Source: the human T2T-CHM13v2.0 reference genome, Homo sapiens
Assembly (NCBI RefSeq): GCF_009914755.1
Contig: NC_060931.1
DNA: 64,000 bases
Reading direction: 5' to 3' (one strand)
Part shown: in pieces, positions 46,245 to 58,260 of the stretch
Position numbering within the stretch: position 1 is the stretch's first letter
Layout: each line of letters begins with the position of its first letter
Notes under the pieces: model-generated
What the model was told of the DNA's origin: nothing
What the model saw: only the letters and a program-made list of their open reading frames with translations
Databases searched by the model: none
Program-made: the position numbers and the translations under genes

Positions 46245-46895
46245 CAGTGCTGTGCTGTAGTTAGCTAGTACTAGCTCATGTTAGAGAGCCCATTGTTAAA
46301 TTTTCAAGCCAGTTGTTAAAATCATCCTTTATTGAAAATCAAGTTATATAAATCTACACTTAAAATATATTTTTAAAAAGCCAATAAATACTCAAAGCTT
46401 ATTATTTTCTTATTGATTTTCTATATTTCATTCTCTATGCTGTTGAGGAGAGTGTTTACATCTATTAGACGGGAATGATGTAAATTCTAGTTAAGTGTGC
46501 TAGTGCACATCTTAACTCTGGGTTCAGTGATGTCATATTGGTAGCTTGAAATTAGCCATGGTTAGCAAATGCTATAAATCAGGTCTTTGTCTTGATTTAT
46601 TGTTTTGTTGAATCTTAAGAAACATTCATAATGCAGATTAAAGTTTAACATATGTCATGCAGTTACACTGTGTATGGTATAAAATTGAGAAAACACTCCT
46701 CCATCATTTGAAAACTATTATCCAATTCAACCAAAAAATGTCATTGAAATTAATAGTAATCAAGTGAAGGTCTGACACACATCTTAGTTGTATATCTTTC
46801 CTCCTAACTTGTTAAACTAAACACAAATATCAACCAGCACTCATGTTACATATCAGATGTATCAATGATGTATTTATTGAGGAAAGAAATTCTGG
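46245..46895 (+). mobile_element. MER63 (C/D-type, hAT-Blackjack), left part
   Basis: cagtgctgtgctg...gagagcccattgttaaattttc...gttcagtgatgtcatattggtagcttgaaatt. Confidence 0.7.
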
Positions 46896-48064
46896 TATCT
46901 CTGCCAGGTTTTGGTATCAGGATGATGCTGGCCTCATAGAATGAGTTAGGGAGGAGTCCTTCCTTTTTAATTTTTTGGAACAGTTTTAGTAGGAATGGTG
47001 CCAGCTCTTCTTTGTACTTCTGGTAGAATTCAGCTTTAAATCTAGTCCTGGGCCTTTATTTATTTATTTGTTTATTTTTGGTTGGTAGGCTATTTATTAG
47101 TGCCTCAATTTCAGAACTTATTATTGGTCTATTCAGGGATTTGATTTCTTCCTGGTTCAGTCTTGGGAGGGTGTAAGTATTCAGGAATTTACCCATTTCT
47201 TCTGGATGTTCTAGTTTATGTACATGGAAGGTTTATAGTATTCTCTGATGATTGCTTGTATTTCTGTGGTGTCAGTTGTGATATTTCTCCTTATATCTGA
47301 TCGTATTTATTTGACTGCTCTCTTTTCTTCTTTGTTAGTCTAGCTAGCAGTCTATTTTACTAATTTTTTCAAAAAACAGCTCCTGGATTCATTGATTTTT
47401 TTGAAGGAATAGTCGTGTCTCTATCTCTTTCATTTCATCTCTAATCTTGGTTATTTCTTGTCTTCTACTAGCTTTGGGGTTTGTTTGCTTAGTTCTCTAG
47501 TTCTTTTAATTGTGATGTGATGTTGTTAAACTGGGATCATTCTAGATTTTTGATATGGGCATTTAGCACTATAAAATTCCCTCTAAGCACGGCTTTGGCT
47601 GCATCCCACAGATGCTGGTACATTGTATGTTTGTTCACGTTAGTGTCAAAGAACATCTTGATTTCTGCCTTAATTTCTTTATTTACCCATGAGTCATTCA
47701 GGAGCATGTTGTGCAATTTTCATGTAGTTGTGTGGTTTTGAGTGAATTTCTTAATCTTGAGTTCTAATTTGATTGCTTCAGACCAATATCTTGCTGAATA
47801 TTGATGCAAAAATCCTCAACAAAATACTCAACGAAATGCGGCAAACCAAATCCTGTAGCACATCAAAATGCTTATCCACCACAGTCAGATAGGCTTCATG
47901 CCTGGGATGCAAGGCTGGTTCAACAATGAAAATCAATAAATGTGATTCATCACACAAATAGACCTAAAGACAAAAACCATATGATTATCCCAATAGATGC
48001 AGAAAAGGCCTTTGATAGAATTCAACATCCCTTCATCTTAAAAACTTTCAATAATATACTACTG

Positions 48065-51000
48065 GGGTCCTGGGGAAAATGGCCAAATAGGAACAGCTCC
48101 AGTCTGCAGCTCCCAGGGAGACCAATGCAGAAGGTAGGTGATTTCTGCATTTCAAGCTGAGTGTAAACAAAGCTGTCAGGAGGTTCAAACTGGGTGGAGC
48201 CCACCACAGTGCTGCAAAGCCACTGTAGCCAGACTGCCTCTCTAGATTCCTCCTTTATGGGAAGGGCATCTCTGAAAGAAAGGCAGCAGCCCCAGACAGG
48301 GGCTTGTAGATAAAACTACCATCTCCCTGGGACAAAGCATCTGGGTAAAGGGGCGGCTGTGGGTGCAGCTTCAGCAAACTTAAACATTGCTGCCTGCCGG
48401 CTCTGAAGAGAGCAGTGGATCTCCCAGCACAAGGCTCAAGCTCTGCTAAGGGACAGACTGTGCCTCCTTAAGTGGGTCCCTGACACCCATGCACCCTGAC
48501 TGGGAGACACCTCCCAGCAGGGGTATACAGACGCCTCATACAGGAGAGCTCTGGCTGGTATCTGGCGGGTGCCCCTCTGGGATGAAGCTTTCAGAGGAAG
48601 AAGCAGGCAGCAATTGTTGCTCTTCTGCAGCCTCTGCTGGTGATACACAGGTAAACAGGGTCTGGAGTAGACCCCCAGCAAACTCCAGCAGACCTGCAGC
48701 AGAGGGGCCTGACTGTTAGAAGGAAAACTAACAGAGGAATAGCATCAACATCAACAAAAAGGATGTCCACTCAGAAACCCCATCCAAAGGTTACCAACAT
48801 CAAAGACCGTAGGTAGATAAATCCATGAGGATGAGGAAAAACCGCGTAAAAATGCTGAAAATTCCAAAAACCAAAATTCCTCCTCCAAAGGATCACAACT
48901 ACTTGCCTGCAAGAGAATAAAACTGGATGGAGAATGGGTTTGACAAATTGACAGAAATAGGCTTCAGAAGATGGGTAATAACAAATTCCTCCGAGCTATG
49001 TTACCATGTTCTAACCCAATGCAAGGAAGCTAAGAACCTTGAAAAAAGGTTAGAGGAATTGCTAACAAGAATAACCAGTTTAGAGAAGAACATAAGTGAC
49101 CTGATGGAGCTGAAAAACACAGCAGGAGAACTTTGTGAAACATACACAAGTATCAATAGCCAAATCAATCAAGCAGAAGAAAGGATGTCAGAGATTGAAG
49201 ATCAACTTAATGAAATAAAGTGTGAACACAATATTAGAGAAAGAATGAAAAGGAATGAACAAAGCCTCCAAGAAATATGGGACTATGTGAGAAGACTAAA
49301 TCTAGGTTTGATTGGTGTACCTGAAAGTGACGGGGAGAATGGAACCAAGATGGAAAACACACTTCAGGATATCATCCAGGAGAACTTCTCCAAACTAGCA
49401 AGACAGGCCAACATTCAAATTGAGGAAATACAGAGAACACCACAAAGATACTCCTCAAGAAGAGCAACTGCTAGACACATAATCACCAGATTCACCAAGG
49501 TTGAAATGAAGGAAGACATGTTAAGGACAGTCAGAGAGAAAGGTCGGGTTACCCACAAAGGGAAGCCCTCCAGACTAACAGCGGATCTCTCTGCAGAAAC
49601 TCTACAAGCCAGAAGAGAGTGGGGGCCAATATTCAACATTCTTAAAGAAAATAATTTTCAACCCAGAATTTCATATCCAGCCAAACTAAGCTTCATAAGT
49701 GAAGAAGAAATAAAATCCTTTACAGACAAGCAAAACATTCCATGCTCATGGATAGGAAGAGTCAATATCATGAAAATGGCTATACTGCCCAAAGTAATTC
49801 ATAGATTCAATGCTATTCCTATCAAGCTACCATTGACTTTCTTCACAGAATTAGAAAAAACTACTTTAAATTTCATATGGCATCAAAAAAGAGCCCGTAT
49901 ACCCAAGACAATCCTAAGCAAAAAGAACAAAGCTGGAGGCATGCTACCTGACTTCAAACTATACTACAAGGCTACAATAACCAAAACAGCATGGCACTGG
50001 TATCAAAACAGACATATATATAAACCAAGGGAACAGAACAGAGGCCTAAGGAATAATGCCACACATCTACAATCATCTGATCTTTGACAAACCTGACAAA
50101 CACAAGCAATGGGGAAAAGATTTCTTATTTAATAGTCTTGGGAAAACTGGATAGTCATATACAGAAAACTGAAACTAGACCCCTTCCTTACACCTTATAC
50201 AAAAATTAACTCAGGATGGATTAAAGATTTAAATGTAAGACCTAAAACCATAAAAACCCTAGAAGAAAACCTAGGCAACACCATTCAGGACATAGGCATG
50301 GGCAAAGCCTTCATGACTAAAACACCAAAACCAATGGCAACAAAAGCCAAAATTGACAAATGGGATCTAATTAAAGAGCTTCTGCACAGCAAAAGAAACT
50401 ATCATCAGAGTGAATAGGCAACCTACAGAATAGGAGAAAATTTTTACAATCTATCCATCTGACAAAGGGCTAATATCCAGTATCTACAAGGAACTTAAAT
50501 TTACAAGAAAAAACAGCCTCAACAACAAGTGGGTGAAGGATATGAACAGACACTTTTCAAAAGAAGACACCTATGTGGCCAACAAACATATGAAACAAAG
50601 CTCATCATCACTGGTCGTTAGAGAAATGCAAATCAAAACCACAATGAGATACCATCTCATGCCAGTTAGAATGGTGATCATTAAAAATTCAGGAAAAAAC
50701 AGATGCTGTTGAGGATGTGGAGAAATAGAAAAGCTTTTACACTGTTGGTGGGAGTGTAAATTAGTTCAACCATTGTGGTAGAAGTGTGGCGATTCCTTGA
50801 GGATCTAGAACCAGAAATACCATTTGACCTAGCAATCCCATTACTGGGTATATACCCAAAGGATTATAAATCATTCTACCCTAAAGACACATGCACATGT
50901 ATGTTTATAGCAGCACCATTCACACGTATGTTTATTGCAGCACCATTCACAATAGCAAAGACTTGGAACCAACCTAATGCCCATCAATGGTAGACTGGGT

Positions 51001-51718
51001 AAAGAAAATGTGGCACATATACACCATGGAATACTATGCAGCCATAAGAAAGGATGAGTTCATGCCCTTTGCAGGGACATGGATAAACCTGGAAACCATC
51101 ATTCTCAGCAAACTAACACAGGAACAGAAAACCAAACACTGTATGTTCTCTTTCATAAGTGGGAGTTGACAATGAGAACATATCAGCACAGGAAGGGAAA
51201 CATCACACACTGGGGCCTGTCACGGGCTGGGGGGCAAGGGGAGGGATAACATTAGGAGAAATACCTAATGTAGATGACAGGTTGATGGGTGCAGCAAACC
51301 ACCATGGCACATGTATAAATATGTAACAAACCTGCACCTTCTGCACATGTCTCCCAGAACTTAAAGTATAATAAGATAATCAGGAACTCTCAAGCATTAT
51401 TAAGAATAAAAACTGGTACACCCATCAGGAAGCCATTTCTTCTAGAAATGTATTCAAAGGAAATGTTCAGAAGGATGCTCACTACATTATGTTTATAGTA
51501 TCAAAACATTAAGATCCTAAATGTTTATCAATAATAGTTTGGTTAAATAAACTTTGGTTCATCCATAAAACAGTTATAAAAGAGTTTAAACTAGATCTAT
51601 ATTTGTTACCATTGAAAGATTCAGAGAAAAAAATTGCTCAACAGTGTATATTATTTCACTTATTTAAAAATTAAATATACCTCTTCATATATATTAAAGA
51701 TTCTGTATATTTTTAAAA
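48065..51718 (+). mobile_element. L1PA7-type element: spliced 5'UTR, internal ORF1-ORF2 deletion, 3' transduction
   Basis: 5' end gggtcctggggaaaatggccaaataggaacagctcc; ORF1 ATG at 48831; 3'UTR to ~51370; degenerate TSD at 48050-48064 and 51719-51733. Confidence 0.85.
48927..50087 (+). pseudogene. Chimeric L1 ORF1p/ORF2p reading frame (386 aa)
   Basis: ORF1 coiled-coil/RRM/CTD to ...SFTDKQ fused in frame to ORF2 NIPCSWIGR...; native ORF1 start is frameshifted. Confidence 0.85.
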
Positions 51719-52843
51719 AATAATCTAGTATTGAAGGAACATACCAAAGGTAGAAAGAGCCATATAAGACAAACCCACAGCCAATATCATACTGAATGGG
51801 CAAAAGCTGGAAGCATTCCACTTGAAAACTGGCACAAGATGAGGATGCTCCCTCTCACCACTCCTGTTCAACATAGTATTGGAAGGTCTTGCCAGGGCAA
51901 TCAGGCAAGAGAAAAAATAAAGCGTACTCAAATAGGAAGAGAGGAAGTCAAATTATCTTTGTTTGCAGATGACATGGTCCTATCTTTAGAAAACTACTTC
52001 ATCTCAGCTCAAAAGCTTCTCAAGCAAATAAGTAACTTCAGCAAAGTCTCAGGCTACAAAATCAATGAGCAAGAATTCCTAGCATTCCTATACACCAAAA
52101 ACAGGCAAGCCAAAAGCCAAATTATGAATGAACTCCCATTCACAATTGCCACAAAAAGAATAAAATATCTAAGAATAGAGCTAACAAGGGAAGTGAAGAA
52201 CGTCTTCAAGAACTACAAACCACTGCTCAAATCAGAGATGACACAAACAAATGGAAAAACATTCCATGTCCATGGATAGCAAGAATCAGTATTGTGAAAA
52301 TGGCCATATTGCCCAAAGTAATTTATAGATTCAATGCTATTCCCATTAAACTACCATTGACCTTCTTCACAGAATCAGAAAACCTATTTTAAAATTCATG
52401 TGAAGCCAAAATAGAGCCTGGATAGCCAAGGCAATCCTAAGCAAAAAGAACAAAGTTGGAGGCATCACACTACCCTACTTCAAACTCTACTCCAAGGCTA
52501 TAGTAACCAAAACAGCCTGGTACTTGTACAAGAACAGACACGTAGACCAATGGAGCAGAATAGAGAGCCCAGAGATAAGACTACACACCTACAACCATCT
52601 GCTCTTTGATAAACGTGACAAAAACAGAAGCAATATTGAAAGGATTCCTTATTTAATAAATGGTGCTGAGAAAACTAGCCGTATGTAGAAAATTAGAAAC
52701 TGGACCCCTTCCTTACATCATATACAAAAATCAACTGAAGGTGAATTAAAGACTTAGATGTAAAACCCAAAACTATAAAAACCCTAGAAGAAAACCTAGG
52801 CAATACCATTCAGGATATAGGCAAAGATTTCATGACGAAGACA

Positions 52844-53258
52844 ACAACCCAAATGTCCACCAATGATAGACTGGATTAAGAAAATGTGGCACATATACAC
52901 CATGGAATACTATGCAGCTATAAAAAAGGATGAGTTCATGTCCTTTGCAGGGACATGAATGAAGCTAGAAGCCATCATTCTCAGCAATCTATCACAAGGA
53001 CAGAAAACCAAACACCACATGTTCTCACTCATAGCGGGGAACTGAACAATGAGAACACTTGGACACAGGGCAGGGAACCACACACACTGGGGCCCGTCAA
53101 GGGATGGGGGGCTGGGGAAGGGATAACATTAGGAGAAATATCTAATGTAAATGACAAGTTAATGGGTGCAGCAAACCAACATAGCACATGTATACCTATG
53201 TAACAAACCTTCACGTTGTTCACATGTACCCTAGAACTTAAAGTATAATAATAATAAT
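52844..53258 (+). mobile_element. 5'-truncated L1PA5/6-type 3' end, no TSD
   Basis: caacccaaatgtcc...aatgtaaatgacaagttaatggg...(aat)n tail inside the older L1. Confidence 0.85.
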
Positions 53259-53558
53259 AAAACCACCATGAGATACCATCCCACACCAGTCAGATGGCTA
53301 TTATTAAAAGTCAAAAAAAAAATACTGACAAGGTTGTGGAGAAAAAGGAACACTTTTATACTGTTGGTGGGAGTGTAAATTAGTTCAACCATTTTGAAAG
53401 ACAGTGTGGCAATTCCTCAAAGACCTAGAGGCAGAAATACTATTAGACCCAGCAATCTCATTACTGGGTATATACTCAAAGAATATAAATCATTCTATTA
53501 TAAAGATACATGCACACATATATTTCTTGTAGCACTATTCACAATAGCAAAGAAACTG

Positions 53559-54101
53559 TGTATTAGAATTTTGTAGAGGGACAGGACTAATGGGATAGAT
53601 GTATATATGAAAGGAAGTTTATTAAAGAATATTGACTCACATGATCACAAGGTGAAGTCCTACGATAGGCCATCTGCAAGCTGAGGAGCAAGGAGGCCAG
53701 ACCGAGTCCCAAAACCTCAAAAGTAGGGAAGCTGAGAGTGCAGCCTTCACTCTATGGCCAAAGGCCTGAGAGCCCCTGGCAAACCGTGGTGTAAGTCCAA
53801 GAGTCCAAAAGCTGAAGAACTTGGAATCCAATGATCGATGGCAGGAAGCATCTAGAACGGGAAAGAGATGAAGGCTGGAAGATTCAGCCAGTCTAGTCCT
53901 TCTGCATTCTTCTGCCTGCTTTATTCTACTGGGCTGGCAGCTGATGAGATTATGCACCCCCAGACTGAGGGTGGGTCTGCCTCTCCCAGTCCACTGCCTC
54001 AAGTATTAATATCCTCTGGCAACACCCTTACAGACACACCCAGGAACAATACTTTGCATCCTTCAGTCTAATCATGTTGACACTCATTATTAACCATCAC
54101 A
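53559..54101 (-). mobile_element. MLT2A (HERV-L) solo LTR
   Basis: tgtattag...ttaaccatcaca; minus strand starts tgtgatggttaa...tgtcaac; splits the host L1 at aaaga/atagaatcaacc. Confidence 0.88.
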
Positions 54102-54541
54102 TAGAATCAACCTAAATGCCCATCAGTGATAGATTGGATAAAAAATGTGGTACATATACACCATGAAATACCATGTAGCCATAAAAAGGAATGAGATCAT
54201 GGTCTTTGCAGTGACATGCATGGAGTTGGAAGCTGTTATCCTCAGCAAACTAAAGCAGGAATGGAAAACCAAATACCACACACACTCATTAATAACTGGG
54301 AGCTGAATGATGAGAACACATGAGCACATTGTGGGGAACACATGGGCACACTGGGGCATGATGGAGGATCGGGGTGGGAAGAGGGAGAGCCTCAGGAAGA
54401 ATAGGTAATGAATGCTGGGCTTAATAACTAGGTGATGGGATGATCTGTGCAGCAAACCACCATGGCCTACATTTATCTGTGTAAGAAACCTGCACATATA
54501 CCCCTGAACTTAAAATTTGGAAATTAAAAAAGAAATTGTGG

Positions 54542-54801
54542 ATTGGGATGCAATTTTATCAAATCCCAGTTGAATTGCAATCATAATTTTGCTACCAAGA
54601 TAAGAGTTTAGAAAAAAAAATTAATAGAATTATTCTATTAGAATCAATTGTTCATGTAGAAATTATAATGTGCATATATCTTTTATTGTTACTTACTGTA
54701 TGCTATGTATCCTTTATAAAGTTTATAATAAATTTAGGTATATATATACATGCATACTATTTTTGGAGAACCAGTTGTTTGTATTTGTCAACATATTAAT
54801 G
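54542..54801 (+). mobile_element. MER63, right part
   Basis: Ends ttttggagaaccagttgtt...caacatattaatg, resembling the MER63 terminus. Confidence 0.55.
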
Positions 54802-57800
54802 ACAATAATTAAAATTTTCTTTTTATTATCTTTTTTAATCCTGTAACAACTCCTTGAAGTAGGTATAGAAAATGAGGCTCAGAAGAGATTGGCAACAGTA
54901 CCAATGACAAGCAAATGAGAGAATTTAGTTGGGATGGGGTCTCAGGTATTCTAGTCAAAGTCTAAGCTTTTTTAACCATACCACAATGACACTGATATTT
55001 ACTAAAGACCTTAGTTAAGTCACTTTTTCTACACTCTGGCCTCAGTAGCCTACTCTGTGAAATGGTACTATCTATGCACTTCTCAGAACTGTTGTGAGAA
55101 TCAGATGTGAAAATAATTTGTGAACCCTAAGATGTTAAAGTAATATATAATTTACTGAAGAGGTAGACAGTTGAGAGAGTATTTTGCTTGAAGAGATTTA
55201 CTATTCTGGGCCTGGTTTATGCTCCTTGAAAATAAACTTTTCCATATACTGCCTGAAAAACAATATGCATTACATTTTCCCTTGGAGATAATTTCCATTA
55301 TAAATTGCTAGATATTTTCCTGCTTTGAGCTTCTTTGCAAATTTCCAACACCTTTTTGTTTAAGCACTGTTAATTTTTCCAATAATAGATCGATGAATTC
55401 TTAAAGTGTTTGGCAACTCTGCATCCCTGAGTTTTCATCAGCCTAGAGCATCCCTGGAGGTAACATATGACCAGTGGATACTGGGGAAGAAGCCAAAAGC
55501 TAGAAACCAATGCATAAATAGAAAGAATAAAAAACAAATTTTTTGAAAAGGAATCAAGTTGTTTACATTTGATTATGGTTACTAATAACTGAATAGTTTG
55601 AAGTTGTTGGAGAGTATAAGCACATTTTAATACCCTCTGATACCTAGGTATTAGATTGCTGCATGGATAATAGGTAATTTTGCCCTAAATCTGTCTCCCA
55701 ATGCCAAAGCACTTTCAGATGATGACATTTTCTATTGCAATTCTGAGTGCTTATAGACCTTGATTGTGCTAGGTAATTATAATATCCACCATGGCATTAA
55801 GGCTCACTGCATGAGCTAATGCCTTGATATGGAATTAATCAAATCTGAAAGAAAAGGTCATTAGAAAGTTAAATTATGTCAGTGATACAGGAAAGCACCA
55901 TATAAGCAGGAATTATACCCTGTTGTGATATAATAGATCACAAAATTCAGTAATTAGTTTCACCTCACGAGGGACATCTAATTACTGATGTGGTTAATTA
56001 CTTAAGTCCATTGACCAGTGTCTAGTATTTTATTACTTACATGTTTAGCTCTTTGAAAAACTGTTATTTAATGTTCCTATATACTTATGATTCACCTTAA
56101 TTATAATTTGCTATGGGTTAGTAAAATCAGATGATCTAATAAATTGAACCAACAGTTATTTGTTAAAATCCTACTATATAGGGGGTTGTGCATAGGTGTA
56201 AAGGGCAATTGTTATCTTGGTGAAACAAGTGAATTTCCTACTACGTTAGAATTGTATTCACTTCCTCAGGGGAGTCTTCATGACCTTTTCTGGCACTGTC
56301 CTTGACCAGAACAGAACAGACTACGCCTCTGTGAAAATGAACATTAAGGGATTCTGGATAATTTGAAGAAGATAAATGGTTTGGGATCACCTAACTGCTG
56401 AATGTCTACTTTCTCTAGCAGATTAATGCAGATTGCTAATGTAAATCTAAATAGTGATGTCGTCTCCTTTTATTTAAAATGCTATATCACAGCACAATAT
56501 TAATTTTGGTTCTGGAAAGACCTCAGGATGCTAGCAGCTTCCTGCCTTGTATTGGTCAGGACAGTCTTGGGTTAGGTTGCACTAACAAAAAATCCCAAGA
56601 ATTTATTCAAACAACAATGGCTTATTCTTGTTCATGCTACATGTCCTTTGTGATTTGGCTGCGGTCTCTGCTCTGTTTCTTCAGTTAGGAGCTTAGGCTG
56701 ACGGACACTCTATCATCATGGTAGGGTGAAGAGTAGAAGGTGATTTACACACTTAGTTATTCCCCAGAAGTACAATGTTATCATGTGCCACAAAGAATAG
56801 GACCAGAATATTTGGGCTTAGCCACGATGACTATCACCTATCTTTACTAAAGGCTTCTGTGGGGGAAGTAAGAAATGGAGCAGGTCTCAAACTGTTATAT
56901 CTGCTCTTGCTCTGTGTGGCAATCTTACTTCAGCTAGAATTCTCTAACCTTTGGGCAGTACTCAATAAAGTGAATTGAACATCTTTGGTGATGTCTTTTC
57001 TGTGCAATCCTGTAGTCTATCTGAGATGTTTCAGTCCCCCTAGTGGAACCTCACTGCATTCTTCAGTTCCCATATACAGCTGATGAAAATAAAAAATTTA
57101 ATTATTTCTAATTGTTTCCCTACATTCGATAAGGGAATGGATTGTAATCACAGCTTTTGCCACAACATCTCACTCTGTCAATCTCAGTGTACTTGCAAAA
57201 AAAAAAAAAAAAATACAGGCTGTGTGAACAAATGAATAAATGAGAAAATAGAGAATTCAGCCAAGTAGGCTGCCAGTTGCATTAGCTCTAGGTAGGTGTA
57301 CAGGACATTAAAGACTGAAGATGCTGTTAACTCAGAGAAGGGCAGACTAATAAGATTGGTTGACAGAGACCAGATGTTTTCAGAGTTAGGAAAGTCATAC
57401 TAATGGGTTGTGCTATTCTGTTTTAATGCTTTCTCTCAGTATTGGTAGCTGTAAACAAGCACACATCTACTTAGTGTAGCTAGAAGGGGGTGAAAAGTCC
57501 ATAGATAAAACGCCATTTTGTGTGAGATAGAGGTGCAAAAGCTAGTATCATTTCAATAAAATGGATCTAGGAAATAGGGCAGCATGCAGAAGGTTTATGG
57601 AAACTCTCTGAGTTAGTGAAAATGCTACTAATTTGAGTCGGATAACTATGACAAATCCTAGTTCCAAAATGTACTCTGAGCTCTTGCTTTGTTTATTTCA
57701 AAGTATTTATTAAAGACTGACTATGTGCCAGGCACTGTTCGAAGATTTGGAGACACATTAATGAATGCACACAGACAAAATCCGTACTCTCCTAGAACTT

Positions 57801-57977
57801 GCATTTATCATAATTTCACTGAAGGTTTCCCTCTTATATAAAATACAATAGAGAATTATAGAGTGATGTGGAAGATGTATGTTAAGATTGTTTGTAGAAT
57901 GTACACTTGTTAGAAAATGTATTAAATAAAGTTTTGAGAATTGAAGCTGCTCAGGTGATGTTCACTGACAGTTAAGC

Positions 57978-58260
57978 AGTATGTATATATGACATGTAAA
58001 TATGTCATATATGTATATATGCATACGTATATATGTATATATACATATATATGTATGTGTGTGTATATATATGTATATATGTGTGTGTATATATACGTAT
58101 ATATGTATATATGTGTGTATATATATACGTATATATGTATATATGTATATGTGTATACACATATATACATATGTATGCATATATGTATATGTGTATACAC
58201 ATATATACATATGTATGCATATATGTATATGTATGTGTGTGTGTGTGTGTGTGTGTGTAT
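57978..58260. repeat. Compound (TA/TG/CA)n microsatellite
   Basis: Direct reading; source of the Y/I/H/C/V-rich spurious ORFs. Confidence 0.92.

Larger units (their letters stand above)
46896..54528 (+). mobile_element. 5'-inverted L1PA15/16-type element hosting three later insertions
   Basis: Antisense arm 46896-47776; sense arm 47777-48064, 51734-52843, 53259-53558, 54102-54528; TSD aaagaaatt(c/g)tgg at 46883-46895 and 54529-54541. Confidence 0.85.
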
